Shown here: piece by piece, positions 1-9,516 of the stretch
Layout of the letters: each line of letters begins with the position of its first letter
How positions within the stretch are numbered: the stretch's first letter is position 1
Source: Erythrobacteraceae bacterium
Lineage (GTDB): Bacteria > Pseudomonadota > Alphaproteobacteria > Sphingomonadales > Sphingomonadaceae
Direction of reading: 5' to 3'
Length of the DNA stretch: 60,805 nucleotides
NCBI GenBank assembly: GCA_038130205.1
Contig: JAYPMZ010000001.1
Span: 26,276-87,080 of the forward strand
Notes under the pieces: generated by a model
Told to the model about the DNA's origin: nothing
What the model saw: the letters and a program-made list of their open reading frames with translations, nothing else
Database searches by the model: none
Position numbers and translations under genes: made by a program

Positions 1-789
1 ATCGGCTACCGCGACAACCTCGAGACTTATGAGGGGCTCGAAGTGACCGCCGACAACCCGCTCGCCAACAGCATTGCCGCGGGTGCTTGGGCGCTGGAAG
101 ACAACGTCAGCAAGCTCGGTCAGCCGATCGACCGCACCGAGTGGTTTATGCTGCCGCAGACGGTAAACGCCTATTACAACTCGACCAAGAACGAGATCGT
201 GTTCCCGGCCGCAATCCTGCAGCAGCCGTTTTTTGAGCTGACTAACGATCCGGCGGTCAACTACGGCGCAATCGGCGGGGTGATCGGCCACGAAATGGGC
301 CACGGCTTCGACGATCAAGGCTCCAAGTCCGACGCTTCGGGCGCGCTGCGCAATTGGTGGACCGATGAGGACCGCGCCAATTTCGACGCCCGCACCGATG
401 CGCTGGTGGCCCAGTACGACGGCTTCTGCCCGCTCGACGAGGGTGAAACCTGCGTCAACGGGCGCTTCACCCTTGGCGAGAACATCGGCGACCTTGGCGG
501 GCTGAGCCTTGCCTATCGTGCCTACAAGATCGCGACCGAAGGGCAGGACGTGCCGGTGATCGACGGGCTGACCGGCGACCAGCGCTTCTTCATCGCCTGG
601 GCGCAGGTCTGGCGTTCGCAGCAGCGCGAAGACAACTATCGCCAGCGTCTGCGCACCGACCCGCACAGCCCCGAGGAATACCGCACCAACGGCGTCGTCC
701 GGAACCTCGGCGAATGGTACGAAGCCTTTGGCATCACCGAGGACGATCCCATGTACCTGCCGCCCGAAAAGCGCGTGCGTATCTGGTGA
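1..789 (+). CDS. M13 (neprilysin/PepO-like) zinc metallopeptidase, 5'-truncated by window edge
   Basis: VNAYY, HEMGH zinc motif, ENIGD, DPHSP motifs; frame is open from position 1. Confidence 0.93.
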   Translation: MGYRDNLETYEGLEVTADNPLANSIAAGAWALEDNVSKLGQPIDRTEWFMLPQTVNAYYNSTKNEIVFPAAILQQPFFELTNDPAVNYGAIGGVIGHEMGHGFDDQGSKSDASGALRNWWTDEDRANFDARTDALVAQYDGFCPLDEGETCVNGRFTLGENIGDLGGLSLAYRAYKIATEGQDVPVIDGLTGDQRFFIAWAQVWRSQQREDNYRQRLRTDPHSPEEYRTNGVVRNLGEWYEAFGITEDDPMYLPPEKRVRIW

Positions 790-819
790 TTTTGGTCGTC
801 CGGACGGGCGAGGCCAAAA
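790..819 (+). terminator. Possible hairpin/terminator after the M13 gene
   Basis: ttttggtc...ggccaaaa inverted repeat directly after the stop codon. Confidence 0.35.
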
Positions 820-862
820 CAGAAATTGACATGACCCCCGCTCCTGCCATGGAACGGGGGTC

Positions 863-1720
863 ATGACGTTTCTACAACTGCTGATCATCGCGATCGTTCA
901 GGGGATTACCGAGTTTCTGCCGATTTCCTCGTCAGGACATCTGATCCTCATTCCGACCTTCACCGATTTTACCGATCAGGGACCGCTGATCGATGTCGCG
1001 GTGCATGTCGGTTCGCTGCTCGCGATCATCGTCTATTTCTTCAAGGACGTGGCGGTGCTCGCGCGGGGCGGCTTTGCAAGCATCGGTATCGGGGCCGACC
1101 GACCCGAAGCGCCTGCCGAACGCCGGCTCTTGTGGTGGATCGTCCTTGGAACCATCCCCGCCGTCGCCTTCGGTCTCGCGATCAAGCTCGGCGCGTTCAA
1201 TTCGCTGGCCGAAACCTTTTTCAACATAACAGTCGTCGACGACGATCTGATGGCGTCGATCCGCTTTACCGATCTGATTGCGACCAATCTGATCGTTTAC
1301 GGCATATTGCTCGGCATCGCCGACTTCATCGGCAAGAACGAAAAAGTGTTCGAGGACATGAGCTGGCGCGATGGCCTGATCGTGGGTCTGGCTCAAGCGC
1401 TGGCGATCATTCCGGGCACATCGCGCTCGGGTGTTACGATGACGGCGGCGCGCTTCCTCGGCTACAAGCGCGTGGAAGCCGCGCGCTTTTCCTTCCTCCT
1501 GTCGATACCGGCAGTGGCAGGGGCCGGTGTGCTGATCGTGCCCGAAATCTTCGAAGCGGGGGCAACGCTCGCATGGGATGCTCTGATTGCGGGCGTACTG
1601 ACCTTTATCGCCGCCTTTGCGACGATGGCGTTCCTGATGAACTTCCTGAAGCGCGCCTCGATGCTGGTTTTCGTCATCTACCGGGTGGCGATGGGCATCG
1701 CGCTGCTCTATTTCTTCTGA
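863..1720 (+). CDS. uppP: Undecaprenyl-diphosphatase
   Basis: QGITEFLPISSSGH and PGTSRSG motifs; multi-TM protein. Confidence 0.96.
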   Translation: MTFLQLLIIAIVQGITEFLPISSSGHLILIPTFTDFTDQGPLIDVAVHVGSLLAIIVYFFKDVAVLARGGFASIGIGADRPEAPAERRLLWWIVLGTIPAVAFGLAIKLGAFNSLAETFFNITVVDDDLMASIRFTDLIATNLIVYGILLGIADFIGKNEKVFEDMSWRDGLIVGLAQALAIIPGTSRSGVTMTAARFLGYKRVEAARFSFLLSIPAVAGAGVLIVPEIFEAGATLAWDALIAGVLTFIAAFATMAFLMNFLKRASMLVFVIYRVAMGIALLYFF

Positions 1721-1735
1721 TCGAAGGAGCGACCC

Positions 1736-1993
1736 ATGGCGATGATACTGCTGGTCATTTTAGGCGTGCTTGCGGGCTGGTTCGGCTCGATCGTCACCCG
1801 CAATGAAGACAAATACGCGATTCGGCGGCTGATCTTCATCGGCCTCGCAGCAAGCCTCGTCGTGGGCCTGCTGGTCAATGGCGGGACATTCCTCGGCAGC
1901 CTCGACTGGATCGCGATGGGCGCAGCGGTGCTCGCCTGCGTGGTAGCACTGGCGGGCTATCACTTTTATACGAAGCGCAAAGGCGCTGCCTAG
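1736..1993 (+). CDS. Small 3-TM membrane protein (transglycosylase-associated/GlsB-YeaQ-like)
   Basis: SD aaggag upstream; three hydrophobic segments, GVLAGW motif. Confidence 0.6.
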   Translation: MAMILLVILGVLAGWFGSIVTRNEDKYAIRRLIFIGLAASLVVGLLVNGGTFLGSLDWIAMGAAVLACVVALAGYHFYTKRKGAA

Positions 1994-2928
1994 ACTGCGG
2001 CTGCGTTGCTACCCCTGCCGCCGCGCAGCCAATATTCCTGCGTCCCGCGGTTCACCACATTATCGACATCGATGATCGCCGAGTTGGCATAGGTAAAGCT
2101 CGGCGCGAGATTGCGGTAGAGGCGGTCGAAATCACGCTCGACCGTTTGGCGGTAGAGATCATCGAAGCTCTCGATCACGAAATAGGTCGGTTGCAGGTCG
2201 CTGATGACGTAATCGGTGCGCATCACGCGGTCGACGTTGAGCATGATGCGATTGGGGCTCTTTGCCTCGACTGCAAAGCGCGCCTCGGTCGGGCCCGACA
2301 GGATGCCTGCCCCGTAGGCCTTGATGCCGTCGGCTTCCTCGATCAGCCCGAATTCGACCGTGTACCAGTAGAGCGCGCCCAGCGCCTTCAGCCGGTTATA
2401 GCGCATCGCCTTCCAACCGGCGCGGCCATATTCCTGCATGTAATCGGCATAGACCGGATCGGTCAGCATCGGCACGTGGCCAAAGACATCGTGGAAGACG
2501 TCCGGCTCCTGAATATAGTCGAATGTCTCGCGCGTGCGGATGAAATTGCCTGCCGGAAAGCGGCGGTTGGCCAGATGCCAGAAGAACACGTGATCGGGGA
2601 TCAGCATCGGAACAGGCACGACGCTCCATCCCGTGAGCTTGTCGAGTTCCTCGCTAAGCGTCTCGAATTCGGGAATACCGCCGCGCGAGAGGTCGAGCTT
2701 GTCGAGCCCCGCCATAAAAGCGCTTGCCGCGCGGCCCGGAAGGACGTCCATCTGGCGCGTGAAAAGCTCGTCCCAAATCGCGTGATCGTCGGTAGAATAA
2801 TTCGTCTGTTCGGGCTCGATCCAGTCCTCGCCCAGATGCGCAGGGCGGCGCAGGGGAGCGGTAAAGACAGCCTCGTCCATATCGGGTAGGCGGGAGTAAT
2901 CGATGTCTTGATCAGAGATCGTGGCCAT
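1990..2928 (-). CDS. phhA: Phenylalanine 4-monooxygenase
   Basis: EPDVFHDVFGHVPML iron-binding motif, LYWYTVEFGL, YGAGILS. Confidence 0.95.
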   Translation of the reverse strand: MATISDQDIDYSRLPDMDEAVFTAPLRRPAHLGEDWIEPEQTNYSTDDHAIWDELFTRQMDVLPGRAASAFMAGLDKLDLSRGGIPEFETLSEELDKLTGWSVVPVPMLIPDHVFFWHLANRRFPAGNFIRTRETFDYIQEPDVFHDVFGHVPMLTDPVYADYMQEYGRAGWKAMRYNRLKALGALYWYTVEFGLIEEADGIKAYGAGILSGPTEARFAVEAKSPNRIMLNVDRVMRTDYVISDLQPTYFVIESFDDLYRQTVERDFDRLYRNLAPSFTYANSAIIDVDNVVNRGTQEYWLRGGRGSNAAAV

Positions 2929-2988
2929 AATGTTTCAATTGATACTACCTCGCGCGCCGAACGACAACACTCAACCGGGATTTGACCT

Positions 2989-3768
2989 ATGGGCCTCAAA
3001 GGCAAGGATTATCGCAAGTTTCTGGAGCCCATGACCGAGGAACTTGTCGCGATGGCGCGCTGGGCCAAGGCCTCTGGCGCGCGGATCGTGGTGATTTTCG
3101 AAGGGCGCGACACGGCGGGCAAGGGCGGTGCGATCAGGGCGGTGCGCGATCAGTTGAACCCGCGTCAGTGCCGCACCGTGGCCCTTTCGAAGCCGAGCGA
3201 GGAAGAGCAGACGCAATGGTATTTCCAGCGCTATGCGAAACACCTGCCCCATGCAGGTGAAATCGTGCTGTTCGATCGCAGCTGGTACAACCGTGCAGGG
3301 GTCGAGCGGGTGATGGGCTATTGCACCGAGGCGCAGGCGGAGGCGTTCCTCGAAGCCGCGCCGGTGTTTGAAAAACAATTGGTGGATGACGGGATACTGC
3401 TCTTCAAATACTGGCTGACCACCGATCAGGACAAACAGGAAGAGCGGCTCAAGGAACGGCTCGAAGACCCGCTCAAGCGCTGGAAACTGTCGCCCGTCGA
3501 TCTCGCCGCGCGCGAGAAATACGAAGCCTATACCGAGGCCCGCGAGGCGATGTTGCGCGCCACCCATACCGCCTATGCGCCGTGGACGCTGGTCGACTTT
3601 AACGACCAGAAGCGCGGGCGGCTGACGCTGGTGCGCGACCTGCTTGATCGCTTGCCCGACACCCATGTCGCGCCTGCGCCGATCGAGTTTCCCGATCTCG
3701 GCCATGAACCGCACGCAGAAAGCTACGCGGTGATGGGGCCGATTTCGTCCTTTCCGGTTGAGGATTGA
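2989..3768 (+). CDS. ppk2: Polyphosphate kinase 2
   Basis: FEGRDTAGKGG Walker A, FDRSWYNRAGVERVMG, WKLSPVD. Confidence 0.95.
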   Translation: MGLKGKDYRKFLEPMTEELVAMARWAKASGARIVVIFEGRDTAGKGGAIRAVRDQLNPRQCRTVALSKPSEEEQTQWYFQRYAKHLPHAGEIVLFDRSWYNRAGVERVMGYCTEAQAEAFLEAAPVFEKQLVDDGILLFKYWLTTDQDKQEERLKERLEDPLKRWKLSPVDLAAREKYEAYTEAREAMLRATHTAYAPWTLVDFNDQKRGRLTLVRDLLDRLPDTHVAPAPIEFPDLGHEPHAESYAVMGPISSFPVED

Positions 3769-3784
3769 CGCAAGCCCCACTTCG

Positions 3785-3810
3785 ATATAAATATGATATC
3801 ATAATTATAT
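3785..3810. promoter_or_regulatory. 26-bp AT-rich palindromic operator upstream of the SPFH gene
   Basis: ATATAA-A-TATGATATCATA-A-TTATAT with one mismatched pair, directly before SD ggaggagg. Confidence 0.7.
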
Positions 3811-3827
3811 TGGAGGAGGTTCTTTCG

Positions 3828-4745
3828 ATGTCGGTTTCTATCACGGTTGCGGACCCCAGCAGCGAACGCGCGGGCTCTGCTTTCAATGGCTATGTCATGC
3901 TTGCGCTCATGGCCGCGTTTCTTGCGGTGATTCTGATCACGCTCACGCGGGGAGCGCCTCCCACCAATGCGCCTGGACTGGCGGTTCTCGCGTTCCTCGG
4001 CCCGCTCGCGATCTCGGCCTTTGGGATCCTCTTCATCGCGGCAGGTTTCTTCATGATTCAGCCAAATCAGGCGGTCGTCCTCACCCTGTTCGGCGAATAT
4101 CGCGGCACGGTGCGCAAGGACGGTCTGCACTGGACCTGGCCGTGGATTTCCAAGCAGAAGATCTCCGTTCGCGCGCACAATATCCATTCGGAAAAGGTCA
4201 AGATCAACGACCTGCGCGGCAATCCGATCGAGGTCGCCTGTAACGTGGTGTGGCGCGTGGCCGATACCGCGCAGGCAGTGTTCGATGTCGACGATTTCAA
4301 AGAATTCGTGAACATCCAGATCGAGGCAGGGCTGCGCACCGTGGGCGCGCGCCATCCCTATGATGATATGTCCGACGAAGACAAAACGACGCTGCGCGGC
4401 AGTGCCGATGTGATCGCAAAGGAACTGCGCGACGAATTGAACGAGCGACTGGCTGTGTCGGGTGTGAAGGTGGACGAGGCGGGCCTTACCCACCTCGCCT
4501 ATGCCCCCGAAATTGCGGGCGCAATGCTACGCCGCCAGCAGGCCGACGCGGTGATTGCCGCGCGCCAGAAGGTGGTGATCGGCGCGGTCGGCATGGTCGA
4601 GGATGCGCTCGAAAAATTGTCGCGGGACGGCATCGTCGAACTTGATGACGAGCGGCGGGCGGCCATGGTGTCGAACCTGATGGTCGTCCTTTGCGGTGAC
4701 CGCGAGGCGCAGCCGGTGGTCAACGCCGGTACGCTTTACCAATAA
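3828..4745 (+). CDS. SPFH/Band-7 domain membrane protein
   Basis: Two N-terminal TMs, KINDLRGNPIE, HLAYAPEIAGAMLRRQQA; ATG 3828 follows a strong SD. Confidence 0.9.
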   Translation: MSVSITVADPSSERAGSAFNGYVMLALMAAFLAVILITLTRGAPPTNAPGLAVLAFLGPLAISAFGILFIAAGFFMIQPNQAVVLTLFGEYRGTVRKDGLHWTWPWISKQKISVRAHNIHSEKVKINDLRGNPIEVACNVVWRVADTAQAVFDVDDFKEFVNIQIEAGLRTVGARHPYDDMSDEDKTTLRGSADVIAKELRDELNERLAVSGVKVDEAGLTHLAYAPEIAGAMLRRQQADAVIAARQKVVIGAVGMVEDALEKLSRDGIVELDDERRAAMVSNLMVVLCGDREAQPVVNAGTLYQ

Positions 4746-4767
4746 GACCACGTGCAAGGAGGCAGCC

Positions 4768-4971
4768 ATGGCTGCACCCCCAAAAAAGGCGTTTGCCTTG
4801 CGGCTCGACCCGGCGGTTCACGCCGCGGTTGAGCGGCTCGCGGGCGCGGAATTGCGATCGGCCAACGCCCAGATCGAAATTCTGCTGCGCGAGGCGCTTA
4901 AACAGCGCGGGATCGAGGTCGGACACACCAAGACGCCGAGGCGCGGGCGTCCGCCAGCAGACAGCGATTAA
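4768..4971 (+). CDS. Arc-family ribbon-helix-helix DNA-binding protein
   Basis: KKAFALRLDP beta-ribbon plus ELRSANAQIEILLREAL; SD aaggagg before ATG 4768. Confidence 0.8.
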   Translation: MAAPPKKAFALRLDPAVHAAVERLAGAELRSANAQIEILLREALKQRGIEVGHTKTPRRGRPPADSD

Positions 4972-5819
4972 AGCGAAGCGCTCGCCTTGGTGACTTGCCG
5001 TCCGTCGGATGCAAAGGCGCCAAGCTCGTATTCGCCATGCGCGCCCCGCATTACGAGGTTCAGCCCCTCTCCGGCGATAGCGGGCGAAACCCCGCGAAAC
5101 TCGAAGCGTTGCAGCGCGTTCTCGCCCAGCTCGCTCGCCGCCAGCCGCAGCAGCAGCGTGGCGATAAGCGGGCCATGCACCACCAGTCCTCGATAACGCT
5201 CGACAGCTGTCGCATATGGCGCGTCATAGTGGATGCGGTGGGTGTTGAAGGTCAGCGCCGAATAGCGGAACAACAGGCGCGGATCGGGCGTGATGGTGCG
5301 GTGTGTGCTCCATTCGGAATTGTCGAATTGGGCATCTCGCGGTGGAGGTGGGGTCAGCGGCACCTCTGGATCGGCCGCGTCGCGATAGACCAGCGTTTGT
5401 GTCTCTCGGATGGCTTCCTTGCCGTCCGCCCAAAGCGAATGGCTAATGTCGGTGAAGGCCAACGTGCCGCTGCGCCCTTCCTTGACGCTGACCGAGGCGA
5501 TCTCGCTCTCGCGTTCCACGGTATCGGGAAAATTGAGTGGGCGCAGGAATTCGATCGCGCTTCCCGCCCACATCCGGCGCGGAAGAGGGAAGGGAGGATA
5601 GATATTGTCGGCGTCATTGTCGCGGAGCGGATGCCCATCCTCACCCAGTGCGTCGGTGCGGGCTTCGGGCAAGCACAGGCAGAAGTGATAACCCTGCGGC
5701 ACGGGGTTCTCGAACGAAGGCGGCAGGTCCAGCGTCGCATACCAACGCTGGAGGTGTTCTGCCGTGACCATGTCGGTCTGAGCGGTTTTGCGCCCTACCC
5801 AGGAATCCCACTCGCTCAT
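4968..5819 (-). CDS. Double-hotdog MaoC-type hydratase, mesaconyl-C4-CoA (Meh)/itaconyl-CoA hydratase-like
   Basis: WVGR, DGHP, PRRMWAG, LLFRYSALTFNTHRIHYD, GLVVHGPL; start reassigned to ATG 5819. Confidence 0.85.
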   Translation of the reverse strand: MSEWDSWVGRKTAQTDMVTAEHLQRWYATLDLPPSFENPVPQGYHFCLCLPEARTDALGEDGHPLRDNDADNIYPPFPLPRRMWAGSAIEFLRPLNFPDTVERESEIASVSVKEGRSGTLAFTDISHSLWADGKEAIRETQTLVYRDAADPEVPLTPPPPRDAQFDNSEWSTHRTITPDPRLLFRYSALTFNTHRIHYDAPYATAVERYRGLVVHGPLIATLLLRLAASELGENALQRFEFRGVSPAIAGEGLNLVMRGAHGEYELGAFASDGRQVTKASASL

Positions 5820-5829
5820 CCTCGCACGC

Positions 5830-7056
5830 CTACGCAGCTCGCTCGAAAACGGCTGCGATACCCTGACCGCCACCGATGCACATGGTTTCGAGGCCGTATT
5901 TCGCCCCGCGCCGGTGCATTTCGGCGGCCATATCGGCAAGGATCCGCCCGCCGGTCGCGCCGATGGGGTGGCCGAGCGAAATGCCCGAACCGTTGACGTT
6001 GAGGATGTCGCGGCGGCTGTCGTCGGCGCTCCAGCCCCAGCCCTTGAGCACGGCAAGCACTTGCGGTGCGAAGGCTTCGTTCAGTTCGACAAGGTCGAAG
6101 TCATCCCAGCTGTAGCCGCGCCGTTCGAACAGACGCTGGGTTGCCGGAACCGGGCCAATGCCCATGCGCGAAGGATCGCAGCCCGCTGCGGCCCAACCGC
6201 CGAACCACAGGCTCGGCTCAAGGCCGAGTTCCTCAAGCTTGTCTTCGGCAACCACCAGACAGGCTGCGGCGGCATCGTTCTGCTGGCTGGCATTGCCTGC
6301 GGTCACGATCGCTTGCGGATCACGCTTGCCGTCGATGGCGCGCAGCGCGCCAAGCGTTTCCATCGAGGCATCGGTGCGATATCCCTCGTCATGGTCGAAG
6401 ATCACCGGATCGCCTTTGCGTTGCGGAACTTCGACCTTCACCAGATGATCGTCGAACTTGCCCGCTGCCCAAGCGGCGGCTGCGTTCTGGTGCGAGCGGA
6501 CCGCATAGGCATCGGCCTCCTCGCGGGTGATCGCATAATCCTTCGCCAGATTGTCGGCGGTTTCGATCATGCCGGTGATGATCCCGAAACGCTCGATCGG
6601 CTGGCTCATCAGGCGGCCCCGTGAGAGGCGATCATGGAGCGTCATATCGCCCATTCGCACACCGCCGCGCAGGTCGGTGGTGTAATGTTCGACCTGCGAC
6701 ATGCTCTCGCACCCGCCCGCGACCACTACGTCGGCCATTCCTGTTTCGACCATCATCGCCGCATTGGCGACCGCTTGCAGGCCTGAGCCGCAGCGGCGGT
6801 CCAATTGGTAGCCGGGAACTTCGAGCGGAAGGCCAGCGGCAAGCCACGACCAGTGGCCGATGGCGGGCGCTTCGGCATTGCCGTAGCCTTGGCTGAACAC
6901 CACGTCATCGACGCGTTCGGGGTCAATGCCCGAGCGTTCGACCAGCGCTTTTAGAATGACTGCGCCGAGCTGGCCTGCATTGAGGCTCGAAAGCCCGCCG
7001 AGGAACTTGCCGACAGGCGTGCGCAGGGGGGAAACAATAGCGGCTCTTCTGGTCAT
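5830..7056 (-). CDS. Acetyl-CoA C-acyltransferase (thiolase)
   Basis: RRCGSG, NEAFA, GHPIGATG, MCIGGGQG catalytic motifs. Confidence 0.95.
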   Translation of the reverse strand: MTRRAAIVSPLRTPVGKFLGGLSSLNAGQLGAVILKALVERSGIDPERVDDVVFSQGYGNAEAPAIGHWSWLAAGLPLEVPGYQLDRRCGSGLQAVANAAMMVETGMADVVVAGGCESMSQVEHYTTDLRGGVRMGDMTLHDRLSRGRLMSQPIERFGIITGMIETADNLAKDYAITREEADAYAVRSHQNAAAAWAAGKFDDHLVKVEVPQRKGDPVIFDHDEGYRTDASMETLGALRAIDGKRDPQAIVTAGNASQQNDAAAACLVVAEDKLEELGLEPSLWFGGWAAAGCDPSRMGIGPVPATQRLFERRGYSWDDFDLVELNEAFAPQVLAVLKGWGWSADDSRRDILNVNGSGISLGHPIGATGGRILADMAAEMHRRGAKYGLETMCIGGGQGIAAVFERAA

Positions 7057-7065
7057 GATCGGGTC

Positions 7066-8319
7066 CTAACGATTGTAGTGCTTGCCTTCGTCGCTGAGCG
7101 CGACGGTTCCGGCATCGATGAGTTTGCCAATGGCGCCGCTCGACAGGCCGAGCCGTTCGGCGAGCACTTCCTCGGAATGTTGGCCAAGGAATGGTGCGGG
7201 CGCAGGATCGCCAGCCTCGCGGCCCGGCACATTGGCGAAGCTGCGGGTAGCTGGATAGTCGAGGCCCGAGGGATTGGCGGGCGAGGGGCCGAACAGCGGA
7301 TTGTCGCTGACCAGCTGCGGGTCGCGCGCGGCTTCGTATGCGGTGCGGTATTTTTCGAAGGTGCAGCCATTGGCGGTCATGCGGCTCGAAAGATCGGACC
7401 AGTCCTGATTGCCTGCGATGGTCTGGAAAACCTCGAACAGCGCATGGCGGTGCTCGAAGCGCGGTCGGTCGCCGTCAGCGAAGCGAACGCCGAGTTTCGC
7501 TTCGAGTTCGTTGATCGGTGTTGCGGCGTCGAAGGCTTTGACCAGCCCGCCCCATTGTTTGGGCGTGAGCGCGGCAACCATGAAGCGAACGCCGTCTTTC
7601 GAGCGGAAATCGCGCCCGAATGCGCCCCAGATCGCATTGCCGAGCCGTTCGCGGTCTGCTCCGCGATAGAGCATCTCGGCCATGGTCCCCGAATTGGCGA
7701 GCGTCCCGATGGCTACATCGCCCAGCGGCACGCGCAATTCGCTGCCTTCGCCGGTCGCATCGCGGTGGCGCAGCGCGGCGAGCAGTGCAAAGGCGCAGTA
7801 AGCGCCGGTGATGAAGTCCCAGGCTGGCAGCACCTGATTGACCGGCGGCGCGGTTGCCATGTCCCAGTCTTCCGGCCCGCACATCAGCGGGTAACCGGCG
7901 GCGGCATTGACGGTGAAGTCCATCGCCTGCCGCCCGTCATGCCAGCCCATGATCCGCACCGAAGTCATGTCGGGCGCGCCTTCCGGTTGAGCAGCCTTCA
8001 TCGCCGCATGGCTTAGGAAGCTGTTTTCGGGCAGGTTGGTGATCGCATTACCCGTCTTCGCGGCCAGCGCCACGCACAGCTCGCGCCCTTCGCCGCTGCG
8101 CAGGTCCAGCGCGACCGATTTTTTAGCGCGGTTGAGGTTCTCCCAACTCAAGGAACGCCCTTCGCCGGTCAGCATGTAGCGGTCATAATCGAGCCCCCCT
8201 GCCGTGTGGTCGACGCGGATCACCTCCGCGCCCATCTGCGCGCAATAGAGGCCCGCAGTGGGAGAGGCGACGAAGCTGGAAACTTCGACGATCGAGAGGT
8301 CGTTCAGCAGCTTATACAA
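7066..8319 (-). CDS. Family III (CaiB/BaiF) CoA-transferase, mesaconyl-CoA C1-C4 transferase (Mct)-like
   Basis: SFVASP, GGLDY, NRAKKSVALDLR, VNQVLPAWD, GAFGRDF, APFLGQHS. Confidence 0.85.
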   Translation of the reverse strand: MYKLLNDLSIVEVSSFVASPTAGLYCAQMGAEVIRVDHTAGGLDYDRYMLTGEGRSLSWENLNRAKKSVALDLRSGEGRELCVALAAKTGNAITNLPENSFLSHAAMKAAQPEGAPDMTSVRIMGWHDGRQAMDFTVNAAAGYPLMCGPEDWDMATAPPVNQVLPAWDFITGAYCAFALLAALRHRDATGEGSELRVPLGDVAIGTLANSGTMAEMLYRGADRERLGNAIWGAFGRDFRSKDGVRFMVAALTPKQWGGLVKAFDAATPINELEAKLGVRFADGDRPRFEHRHALFEVFQTIAGNQDWSDLSSRMTANGCTFEKYRTAYEAARDPQLVSDNPLFGPSPANPSGLDYPATRSFANVPGREAGDPAPAPFLGQHSEEVLAERLGLSSGAIGKLIDAGTVALSDEGKHYNR

Positions 8320-8322
8320 GGC

Positions 8323-9516
8323 TCAACCGTGCTCCTTTGCCCATTCGCGCAGCATGTGCTTGGCGATCTGGAGCTGGAGGATCTGCGTCGTTCCTTCGTA
8401 AATGCGGTAGATGCGCGCATCGCGATAGAACCGTTCGGCGTCATATTCGGCGAGGTAGCCCGCGCCGCCATAGACCTGCACCACGCGGTCCACCACGCGG
8501 CCGCACATCTCGCTAGCGAAGACCTTGAACGCGGCGGCCTTGACGAGAATGTTCTCGCCGCGGTCGGCGCGGGCGGTGACGTCGCGCATCATCGCTTCGG
8601 CAGCGTAGATCTCGATTTCGCTGTCAGCGAGCATGGACTGGATCAGCTGGAAATTCGCGATCGGTTCGCCGAAAGCCTTGCGCTCATTGGCATAGCGGAT
8701 CGCGCTGTCGAGCGCGCGGCGGGCATAGCCGGCGGCTGTCGCGCCGACCGAAATGCGTCCGTTGTCGAGGCTCTTCATCGCAAAGACGAAACCCTTGCCG
8801 GTCTCGCCGCCGAGCAGCGCATCGCCAGGCACTTTCACGTCATCGAGCATGATGTCCGAGATATGCGAGCCCGACTGGCCCATCTTGTGATCGGGCGAGC
8901 CGGTCGAAACGCCCGGCGAATTCATCGGCACGAGGAAGGCGCTGATGTGCGCATTCTTGGGCAGCGCCTCTTTATTGGTGCGCGCCATGATCAGCGCGAC
9001 ATCGGCGTGTGGTGCGTTGGTTATGTACCGTTTGGTGCCGTTGAGTATCCATCCGTTCCCGTCAGGATCGGGCACCGCAGTGGTCGCAAGGCCTGCGCTG
9101 TCGCTGCCCGAACCCGGTTCGGTGAGGCCAAAGCAGGCAATCTTGCCCTCGGCCACCTTGGGGAACCATTCTTCCTTCTGCGCCTCTGTCGCGCCGTTCT
9201 TGAGCGCGCTCGTGAACATGCCGACATTGATCGAGAAGATCGAACGATAGGCGGGCGCGGCATAGGCGATGATGTTGATGATCCGCGCATACTGGCTGAT
9301 GTTTAGCCCTGCGCCGCCATATTCCTCGGGTACGGTCAGACCGAACAGGCCCATGTCGCGCATCTCGTCGATGATCTGGGGCGGGATCGCGTCATTGGCG
9401 ATCACCTCGGCCTCTGCCGGTATCAGCCGTTCGCGCACATAGCGGGTCAGCTGCTCGGCGAATTGTTCGAAAACATCGGCATCCATGCCGGGATTGACGC
9501 TCACGTCATTACTCAT
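8323..9516 (-). CDS. Acyl-CoA dehydrogenase
   Basis: FGLTEPGSGSD, LNGTKRYITN, GGAGY, RIYEGTTQI. Confidence 0.95.
   Translation of the reverse strand: MSNDVSVNPGMDADVFEQFAEQLTRYVRERLIPAEAEVIANDAIPPQIIDEMRDMGLFGLTVPEEYGGAGLNISQYARIINIIAYAAPAYRSIFSINVGMFTSALKNGATEAQKEEWFPKVAEGKIACFGLTEPGSGSDSAGLATTAVPDPDGNGWILNGTKRYITNAPHADVALIMARTNKEALPKNAHISAFLVPMNSPGVSTGSPDHKMGQSGSHISDIMLDDVKVPGDALLGGETGKGFVFAMKSLDNGRISVGATAAGYARRALDSAIRYANERKAFGEPIANFQLIQSMLADSEIEIYAAEAMMRDVTARADRGENILVKAAAFKVFASEMCGRVVDRVVQVYGGAGYLAEYDAERFYRDARIYRIYEGTTQILQLQIAKHMLREWAKEHG

Noticed and set aside
4768-4971. RHH protein as a toxin-antitoxin antitoxin
   Set aside because: No adjacent toxin gene; the partner is an SPFH protein
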